This document shows positions 56,963 to 64,000 of a stretch of DNA of 64,000 nt, in pieces. The position numbers were made by a program, and so were the translations under genes. Source of the stretch: Thermoanaerobaculia bacterium (lineage in GTDB: Bacteria > Acidobacteriota > Thermoanaerobaculia > Gp7-AA8); NCBI GenBank assembly GCA_035629865.1, contig DASPHC010000055.1, forward strand, positions 134,940-198,939. Direction: 5' to 3'. Numbering within the stretch: the stretch's first letter is position 1; every line of letters starts with the position of its first letter. Below the pieces are notes generated by a model. It was not told the DNA's origin. It saw only the letters and a program-made list of their open reading frames with translations, and searched no databases.

Positions 56963-59287
56963 GTGGCCGATGCCTTCCCGACAGTTCTGGACCATTACCG
57001 AGTCCTCTCGCTGATCGGCGCGGGAGGCATGGGCGAGGTCTACCTGGCCAGCGACGACAAGCTCGGCCGGAGGGTGGCGATCAAGATCCTCCCCGACTCC
57101 GTCAGCCGCGACACCGAGGCGAAGCTGCGCATGCTCCGCGAGGCCCGGGCCGTGGCGGCGCTCGATCATCCGAACGTCTGCACGATCTATGAGGTCGGCG
57201 AGCACGAGGGGCGTCCCTACATCGTCATGCAGTTCGTCGAGGGCGAGACGCTCTTCGACCGGCTCCAGCAGTCGCGCATGTCCCCGACTGAATGCCTCGA
57301 CGTGGCCACGCAGGTCGCGGCGGCGCTCGACGAGGCCCACAGCCACGGCGTGGTCCACCGCGACATCAAGCCGATGAACATCATGCTCACCCCGCGCGGC
57401 GTGGTGAAGGTGCTCGACTTCGGCCTGGCGAAGTTCACCGGCGGTATCGACGCCACGGCCGACTCGCTCAAGTCGCGCACCGGCATCATCACCGGGACGG
57501 CGCCGTACATGTCGCCGGAGCAGCTTCGCGGCTCGACGGTCGACGCGCGCACCGACATCTTCTCCCTTGGCGTGGTTCTCTACGAGATGGTCACCGGCCG
57601 CCGCCCCTTCGAGCGTGGCAGCACGGTCGCGACGATCACGGCCATCCTCTTCGAGGAGCCGAACCCGGTCGACGAGCCGGGCTTCACGGCCTTCGTGCCG
57701 ATCCTCCGCCGGGCCATGGCGAAGGAACCGTCGAAACGCTACAGCACCGTCGGGATGCTGCTCGAGGCGCTGCAGGACGTGAAGGCGCGGCCTCGCTCCG
57801 GCGCGAAGCGCCCCCCGCGCGCTGCCACCGCGGAGCTCGACCCGACGGAGTCGATGGAGCGTCCGGCCGTGACCCGCCCGCGCAGCGGACGGATCGAATC
57901 GCTGGCCGTGCTGCCGTCGGTGAGCGGCGACCTCGAGGCCAGCCTCGAATATCTCGTCTACGGCCTCAGCGAAGGGATCGTCAACGCGCTCGCCCAAGTC
58001 CGGAAGCTGCGCGTGATCGCGCCCGGCACGGCCGCCCAGTACGCCGGTACCGAGCCGGATCCGCGGGAGGCGGGACGCGAGTTGAACGTCGCCGCGATCG
58101 TGGTCGTGAGGGCGCGCGTCGACGGTGACCAGCTGCACGCGGACGTCGACCTGGTCAGCACCGCCGACGGCTCGCTGCTCTGGTCGTCGAAGTACACACG
58201 CGCGGTCCACGAGGTCGCGGCGCTCTCCGAGGCCATCGCGGACGACATCGCGGAACGGATCCGCGGCGGCACCACCACGTCGCCGCGGCGCGCAGCGAAG
58301 AAGAAGCGAGCCATCGACGTGGAAGCGGAGCAGTTGCACCTCAAGGGGCGCTTCCAGTGGATCAAGCGCCATCCGGAGGCGGTCAAGCGGGCCATGACCT
58401 TCTTCCAGCAGGCGGTGGAGCGCGACCCGTCGTTCGCCCTCCCCTACGCCGGTCTCGCCGACTGCTTCGTGATGCTCGGCTTCATGCAGGCCCTCCCGCC
58501 GCGGGAGATCCTGCCGAAAGTGAAGGCGGCGGCGAAGAAAGCGATCGAGCTCGATCCGCTGCTCGCCGATCCGCACGCCACGCTCGGCTATGCCGCCGGC
58601 CTGTTCGAGTGGAACCTGGAGGCCGGCCAGCTCGAGCTCGAGGAGGCGATGCGCCTCAACCCGAATTATCCGTGGGCGCCGCACTGGCTGGGCATCCTCA
58701 TGTCCGGCCGCGGGCATACGCGGCGCGCGCTGGAGCTGATCGACATGGGGAAGGACCTCGATCCGCTCTCCCCGATCATCAACGTCAGCGCCGGGATCCC
58801 GCTCCACATCGCCCGCCGCTACGACGACGCGGTGAATTGCTACCGCTCGGTCCTGGAGATGGACCCGACGCTCGCCCCCGGCCACTATTACCTCGGCATG
58901 TCGCTGCAGATGCGCGGCGAGTACGACGAGGCCGCGCGCTCCATCGAGCGCGCCATCGAGATCGCCGGCCCGGCCCCGATCTTCCTCGGCGGCATCGCCC
59001 ACGTCTTCGCCTCCGCCGGCCGCACCGCCGACGCGACGCGCATGGTCGACGAGCTACACACCATGGCCCGCCAGCGCTACGTCTCCCCCTATGGCTTCGC
59101 CATCGCCCACACGGGCCTCGGCCAGAACGACGAGGCCCTGGCCGCGCTGGAGAAAACGCTCGACGAGCACAACGCCTGGGCGTACTTCATCCCGGTGGAC
59201 CCAAGGTTCGACAGCCTGCGCGAGGATGCGCGGTTTGGACCGCTGGTGGAGAAGTATGGGCTGCCGGCCAGTTGCGAGATCGACTGA
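56963..59287 (+). CDS. Ser/Thr protein kinase with TolB-N-like and TPR domains
   Basis: GAGGMGEVY, HRDIKPMN, DFG, YMSPEQ, SLAVLP, TPR repeats. Confidence 0.93.
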   Translation: MADAFPTVLDHYRVLSLIGAGGMGEVYLASDDKLGRRVAIKILPDSVSRDTEAKLRMLREARAVAALDHPNVCTIYEVGEHEGRPYIVMQFVEGETLFDRLQQSRMSPTECLDVATQVAAALDEAHSHGVVHRDIKPMNIMLTPRGVVKVLDFGLAKFTGGIDATADSLKSRTGIITGTAPYMSPEQLRGSTVDARTDIFSLGVVLYEMVTGRRPFERGSTVATITAILFEEPNPVDEPGFTAFVPILRRAMAKEPSKRYSTVGMLLEALQDVKARPRSGAKRPPRAATAELDPTESMERPAVTRPRSGRIESLAVLPSVSGDLEASLEYLVYGLSEGIVNALAQVRKLRVIAPGTAAQYAGTEPDPREAGRELNVAAIVVVRARVDGDQLHADVDLVSTADGSLLWSSKYTRAVHEVAALSEAIADDIAERIRGGTTTSPRRAAKKKRAIDVEAEQLHLKGRFQWIKRHPEAVKRAMTFFQQAVERDPSFALPYAGLADCFVMLGFMQALPPREILPKVKAAAKKAIELDPLLADPHATLGYAAGLFEWNLEAGQLELEEAMRLNPNYPWAPHWLGILMSGRGHTRRALELIDMGKDLDPLSPIINVSAGIPLHIARRYDDAVNCYRSVLEMDPTLAPGHYYLGMSLQMRGEYDEAARSIERAIEIAGPAPIFLGGIAHVFASAGRTADATRMVDELHTMARQRYVSPYGFAIAHTGLGQNDEALAALEKTLDEHNAWAYFIPVDPRFDSLREDARFGPLVEKYGLPASCEID

Positions 59288-59319
59288 CGGTTGGACCCTT
59301 TCCCGACATCCCTTGCGGC

Positions 59320-59378
59320 GAGACGCCGCCGGCGCCGGGACGGCCCCCGACCAGACGGGGGAGACGCCGGCGCTCCCC
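59320..59378. repeat. Degenerate REP-like element (GGAGCGCCG family)
   Basis: gagacgccgccggcg ... gagacgccggcgctccc. Confidence 0.45.
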
Positions 59379-59474
59379 GTGGCGGGAGCGGAGGTGCTCG
59401 GGAGGCCGGCAGGGGTGTGGACGAGAGCTACCAAACCACGGCAAGCCATCGTGCGTACATAGTTGGTGCGCTCC

Positions 59475-60440
59475 ATGATGACTCGCGTTCTCCCGCTGGT
59501 TCTGCTGTGCGTCCTCACGGTTTCATCGCCCGCCTGGTGCGAGACGGTCGCCGGCCCTCCGGGACGGATGGTCGATGTCGGAGGGCGGCGTCTGCATCTG
59601 CTCTGCGTCGGTGCCGGCTCCCCAACCGTCGTTTTCGAATCCGGTCTCGGCGAAGGCTCGTACGCATGGGCTCTCGTACAGCCTGCCGTCGGACGGCAGT
59701 ATCGTGCCTGCTCCTACGACCGCAGCGGCATCGCGTTCAGCGATCCCGATCCGGCCCCGCGGTCTGTTGCCGGATTGGTGAGTGACCTTCATGAACTGCT
59801 GGGTCGTTCGGGCGAGCGCGGACCCTATCTTCTTGTCGGTCACTCGCTGGGCGGACTCTTCGTCCGCCGGTACGCGATGCGCTATCCGGACGAGGTCGCG
59901 GGATTAGTGCTCGTCGACTCGTCGCACGAGGACGGACGCCGCACCGCATCGCGCGAGATCGCCGACGCACAGGCGAAGGCTCTGGCAGCGAGAGGCGAAC
60001 AGATGAAGAGGTGGCGTGTGTCCGGACAGTTCGAGGAGATGGGATTCCATGACAAGGTCCCGAAGAGCATGCTCAGGGTGCTCAAACCTCGCAGCGGGTC
60101 GGAGAACTGGTGGGATGCACGGTTCCGTGAAAACAGCCTGCCCGATGCACAGGACGACCTCACGCCCGAGCAGCGGCGTCTCCAGGTACCGGTTGTCGTG
60201 ATCACCGCGACCGAGTGGCCTACGCCGCGAAACTATCCTCCGATCGCGTGGAAGCAACACATCGAAACCCGGATGCGCCTGCAGGAAGAGCTCGCGTCCC
60301 GGTCGCCGCGCTCGAAGCATATCGTCGTTCGGACTGAGCATCACGTCCAGTTCGAGAACCCGGACATTGTCATCAAATCGATCGTCGAGCTGGCACGCCA
60401 CTGGCGGACCTGGCCTTCGACGGGATCTCCTTCGCAGTGA
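59475..60440 (+). CDS. Exported alpha/beta hydrolase
   Basis: YDRSG, GHSLGG, LVLVD, C-terminal His (EHHVQ). Confidence 0.88.
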   Translation: MMTRVLPLVLLCVLTVSSPAWCETVAGPPGRMVDVGGRRLHLLCVGAGSPTVVFESGLGEGSYAWALVQPAVGRQYRACSYDRSGIAFSDPDPAPRSVAGLVSDLHELLGRSGERGPYLLVGHSLGGLFVRRYAMRYPDEVAGLVLVDSSHEDGRRTASREIADAQAKALAARGEQMKRWRVSGQFEEMGFHDKVPKSMLRVLKPRSGSENWWDARFRENSLPDAQDDLTPEQRRLQVPVVVITATEWPTPRNYPPIAWKQHIETRMRLQEELASRSPRSKHIVVRTEHHVQFENPDIVIKSIVELARHWRTWPSTGSPSQ

Positions 60441-60495
60441 ATACCGCCGCAGTGACGAACCAGAAATTTGGGGTCACCGCCCCTTCCTCCGCGCC

Positions 60496-60909
60496 TCAGT
60501 GCGTCATCCCCCACCCCACGAGAAAGATTCCGATGGCGAGCAGCACCACGGAGCAGCCGATCTTGCGGGTACGGGGAACGGGACGGGCGCCCGAGGGAAG
60601 GTTCGGGTCGTACGCCACCTGCAGCGGCGCCCCGACGGTTTTGGGAGCATCGGCGGCGTCGATCTCGTACTCGACGCCATCGGCCGCGCGAAAGCGGACG
60701 ATGGGAACGGTATAGAACGAATCGCTGGACGTCGGGGCGTTCCTCGACAGATGTCCTCTCCTCCCAATGCGGGAAACGAAGCCTTCGGCCTTCGCCGCTC
60801 CGGCACACCACACCTCATGGCTCCGGTGCGCCTTGCTGTCGGCCCGCCAGAAAAACGCCGCGACCGCGCAGGCAGCCGCACCGGCTGCGACCAGGGACGT
60901 GTCCGGCAT
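60496..60909 (-). CDS. DUF3592-like membrane protein
   Basis: Two terminal TM helices, PIVRFRAADG, VAYDPNLP. Confidence 0.7.
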   Translation of the reverse strand: MPDTSLVAAGAAACAVAAFFWRADSKAHRSHEVWCAGAAKAEGFVSRIGRRGHLSRNAPTSSDSFYTVPIVRFRAADGVEYEIDAADAPKTVGAPLQVAYDPNLPSGARPVPRTRKIGCSVVLLAIGIFLVGWGMTH

Positions 60910-60986
60910 GCGGCCATGATCGAGAGATCGGCGGCGAATGTCCACCGGCGTTGGTGATGCAGGACGTGCCGGCGGAACCGGCACCC

Positions 60987-61358
60987 TCAGCGGTGCTGAT
61001 CGACGAGAACCGGGTTTCCGTCGGGGTCCTCCGCGATGAAGCTGGCCGGACCGGTCGTGCTCTCATCGGCTTCGCTGACGAACTGAACGCCCTGTGCCTT
61101 CAACTGGCGCTGCAATTCGCGGACGTCCGTGAACGTCGCCAACTCCTGGGCATTGCTGTCCCAGCCAGGGTTGAAGGTCAGGATGTTCTTCTCGAACATG
61201 CCCTGAAAGAGCCCGATGACATGGTCGCCGTTCTTCAGGAGCAGCCAATTCTGGGAAGGATCGCCCCCGAACGCTTTGAACCCGAACTTCTCATAAAACT
61301 CCCTCGATGCGCCGAGGTCCTTGACCGCCAGGCTGATCGAAAACGCGCCGAGCTCCAT
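60987..61358 (-). CDS. VOC/glyoxalase family protein
   Basis: SLAVKDL, FYEKFGF, DPDGN. Confidence 0.9.
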   Translation of the reverse strand: MELGAFSISLAVKDLGASREFYEKFGFKAFGGDPSQNWLLLKNGDHVIGLFQGMFEKNILTFNPGWDSNAQELATFTDVRELQRQLKAQGVQFVSEADESTTGPASFIAEDPDGNPVLVDQHR

Positions 61359-61527
61359 GTCCTGCTCCCGTGTGTTTCAAGATTCCGGAGCGATGTGCTT
61401 CGCCGGTCGGAGAGTGAGGGCGGAATGGTACCGCTTCCTCGCAACGGTGTGCCGTACCGACTGCTCTGACCCCCACCTCTTCCGGAAATAGGCGGCCGCT
61501 CGCGGGTGCAAAGACTCCGACGAGAGG

Positions 61528-61732
61528 CGCCGAAGGCGGCGAAAGATCTGCGTAGGCCCGCCCTTTAGGCCGGGTTACGCGTGGACACGTTCCAAGCCCG
61601 CGTAGCGGGCGACAGAACACAAGCCCGCGCAGACGTGCTTTTCTGTCGCCCGCTACGCGGGCTCACCTGAGGGGCGCTTGTGAAACCCGGCCTAAAGGCC
61701 GGGCCTACAGATCTTTCGCCGCCTTCGGCGGC
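61528..61732. repeat. Nested REP/REPIN-like element, copy 2
   Basis: Same arms as 17698-17913. Confidence 0.85.
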
Positions 61733-61913
61733 TCCTGCAAGGTCAGAGGACACCGTTTCCTGGAAACGGCACTTAGATGGCGCAGAAGTCGACGTTGGGA
61801 TCAGAAGTCGCTGCTCTGCCTCCAGGCGAGGAGTGTCGGCACATCGCTTCGTCCCTACCCAGCGAACGTACGCGATCTGGTTTTTCAACAGAACCGAGAC
61901 AGCCGTGAGCTGT

Positions 61914-63782
61914 CTACCCCGCTGCCGGCTGTAGCGGTAACTCGTCATCCACAAACTGCAGGTCATACAACTTCCGGTACACCCCGCGCCGCGCCAGCAG
62001 TTCTTCGTGCGTTCCCACCTCCACGATCGCTCCCTTGTCGAGCACCACGATCTTGTGGGCGCTGCGGATGGTGGAGAGGCGGTGGGCGATGACGAGGGTG
62101 GTGCGGCCTCGCATGAGGTTGTTGAGGGCTTGCTGGACGAGGCGTTCGGATTCGGTGTCGAGGGCGGAGGTGGCTTCGTCGAGGATGAGGATGGGGGGGT
62201 CTTTGAAGAGGGCGCGGGCGATGGCGAGGCGCTGGCGCTGGCCGCCGGAGAGGAGGACGCCGCTTTCGCCGATGGAGGTGTCGTAGCCTTTGGGGAGGTT
62301 GGTGATGAATTCGTGGGCGTTGGCGGCCTGGGCGGCTTCGATGACCTGGCGTTCGTCGACGTCGGAGCGGCCGTAGGCGATGTTGTTGCGGACGGTGTCG
62401 TTGAAGAGGATGACTTCCTGGGTGACGAAGCCCATGAGGCCGCGCAGCGATTTGAGACGGGTGTCGCGGATGTCGACGCCGTCGACGGTGATCCGGCCTT
62501 CGCTGACGTCGTAGAAGCGCGGGAGGAGGTTGACCAGGGTGGACTTCCCTGCCCCGCTGCCGCCGACGAGGGCGACGATCTCGCCCGGCGCGACGTCGAG
62601 GTTGACGTTGCGGAGGACGGGGTCGTTGCCGTAGGTGAAGGTGACGTTTTCGTAGTGCACGCCGCTGCCGACGGACTGGATCTCGACGGCGTCCGGCTTC
62701 TCGGTGACTTCGTTGGGGATGTCGAGCATGCGGAAGACGCGCTCGGCGGCCGACAAGGCGGTGTTGAGGGAGAGGTTGACTTTGTTGAGCTTCTTGATCG
62801 GCGCGTACATCAGGGCCAGGGCGGTGAGGAAGCTGGCGAATTCGCCGCCGGTGAGGGTGCCGGCGGCGATGCGGGACTGGGCGTAGCCGAAGAGCATGAC
62901 CATGCAGAAGCCGGCCAGGAGCTCCATCACCGGCGAGGTCATGGCCTGCACGCGCTGCGCGCTAAGGGTCCAGCGGAGGTGCTTGCGGGTGGCTTCGTGG
63001 AAACGGCCGATCTCGAACGGTTCCATGGTGAAGGCTTTGACGATGCGGACGCCGCGGATGGTCTCTTCGAGCAGGGTCGCGATCTCGGCCATGCGCTCCT
63101 GGGAGCGATGGGTGGTCTTGCGGAGGCGTTTCCCGAACTGCACGACGGGAAAGACGATCAGCGGTGCGCCGACGAGGCTGACCAGGGCGAGCACGGGGTT
63201 GAGGATGAAGAGCCAGCAGATCAGGCCGACCAGCGTGACCGATTCCTGCAGCAGGTCGCCCATGCGGGTCGACACGGCGGCCTGGATGGCGTCGGCGTCG
63301 GAGACGACCCGGCTGACGATCTCGCCGGTGGAGCGCTCGCTGAAGAAGCGATGGCTCTGGCCGATCATCCGTTCGTAGAGTTGGTTGCGCAGCGCGCGGA
63401 CGGTGGATAGGCCGACTTTCTGGAATGAGTATTCGGAGAGGAACGAGGTGATGGCCCGGACGACGAAGACCATCAGCAGGATGGTGAGGACGCGCTTCCA
63501 GCGCAACTTCGGGTCGCCGTTCCACCACGCCTTGAAGCGCTTCTGGACGCGGTTGACGGCGGGCAGGTTCTGCTCGAGGAATCGTTCGGCGCCGGAGACG
63601 CGGGGGTTGGGCTCCCCTTTCCTCTGGATGCCCGGAGGCGTGAGAACGTCGTCGACGATCGGCTGCACGAGCGCCGCGAGAACGGTCTGGGTCAGCGCGA
63701 AGACGATCATCGAGCCGAAGGCGAGGAATGCCCAGGCTTTGTAGGCGCGGAGGTAGCCGTAGAGGCGGCGGAGGGGGGTCAT
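61914..63782 (-). CDS. msbA: Lipid A flippase-type ABC exporter
   Basis: 6-TM domain plus [26 protein letters not shown]; LPS gene context. Confidence 0.8.
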   Translation of the reverse strand: MTPLRRLYGYLRAYKAWAFLAFGSMIVFALTQTVLAALVQPIVDDVLTPPGIQRKGEPNPRVSGAERFLEQNLPAVNRVQKRFKAWWNGDPKLRWKRVLTILLMVFVVRAITSFLSEYSFQKVGLSTVRALRNQLYERMIGQSHRFFSERSTGEIVSRVVSDADAIQAAVSTRMGDLLQESVTLVGLICWLFILNPVLALVSLVGAPLIVFPVVQFGKRLRKTTHRSQERMAEIATLLEETIRGVRIVKAFTMEPFEIGRFHEATRKHLRWTLSAQRVQAMTSPVMELLAGFCMVMLFGYAQSRIAAGTLTGGEFASFLTALALMYAPIKKLNKVNLSLNTALSAAERVFRMLDIPNEVTEKPDAVEIQSVGSGVHYENVTFTYGNDPVLRNVNLDVAPGEIVALVGGSGAGKSTLVNLLPRFYDVSEGRITVDGVDIRDTRLKSLRGLMGFVTQEVILFNDTVRNNIAYGRSDVDERQVIEAAQAANAHEFITNLPKGYDTSIGESGVLLSGGQRQRLAIARALFKDPPILILDEATSALDTESERLVQQALNNLMRGRTTLVIAHRLSTIRSAHKIVVLDKGAIVEVGTHEELLARRGVYRKLYDLQFVDDELPLQPAAG

Positions 63783-63787
63783 GTTGC

Positions 63788-63833
63788 GAGAGATGAGAGA
63801 TGAGCGATGAGAGATGAACGATGAGAGATGAAC
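63788..63833. repeat. Single arm of family E 7-mer repeat
   Basis: gagatgagagatgagcgatgagagatgaacgatgagagatgaac. Confidence 0.85.
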
Positions 63834-63867
63834 GGGGGCCGGCCGGCGACAGGACGCCCATGCCTCT

Positions 63868-64000
63868 GCTGCCGTAGGCAGCAAAAGATCTGTAGGCCCG
63901 GCCTTCAGGCCGGGTAAAGCGTGGATCGATGTTCGAGTCCGCGTAGCGGACGACAGACCAGAAACGCGCCGGTGGTCTTTTCTGTCGCCCGCTACGCGGG
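63868..64000. repeat. Nested REP/REPIN-like element, copy 3 (truncated by window)
   Basis: gccgtaggcagc-aaaagatctgtaggcccggccttcaggccggg ... ctgtcgcccgctacgcggg. Confidence 0.85.

Noticed and set aside
61565-61966. ORFs over REP-like elements (also 17612-18043, 52754-53171)
   Set aside because: Translations of palindromic repeats with no coding signal

Overview
High-GC bacterial chromosome segment from an LPS diderm. The gene content (fused lptF-lptG, SpoIVB-S55 plus propeller pair, GWxTD-like protein, kinase-TPR) suggests Acidobacteriota; this is inference. From 1 to 12 kb the + strand carries envelope and transport operons. From 12 to 64 kb a mostly - strand housekeeping backbone runs msbA, DUF374/lpxJ-like, yicC, gmk, rpoZ, coaBC, udg, priA, accA, recJ, lptC/A, lptB, rpoN, hpf, hprK, rapZ, PTS genes, miaB, parAB, lptFG, panE, kdsD, lolA, yajQ, polyprenyl synthase and coaD, interrupted by small accessory inserts. 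Most notable: (1) a coupled three-gene export cassette (10-Cys secreted mini-protein, carboxypeptidase-regulatory-like repeat protein, stand-alone PDZ protein) ending about 50 bp from a dif-like XerC/XerD site; (2) six sequence-unrelated families of intergenic hairpins built from tandem 7- or 9-mers at gene junctions; (3) an A10 tract that frameshifts the lpxJ-like acyltransferase; (4) nested REP/REPIN-like elements and two 21/22-bp tandem arrays; (5) many apparently leaderless genes. No rRNA, tRNA or CRISPR array was recognised. All calls are by eye from motifs; no database searches were run.
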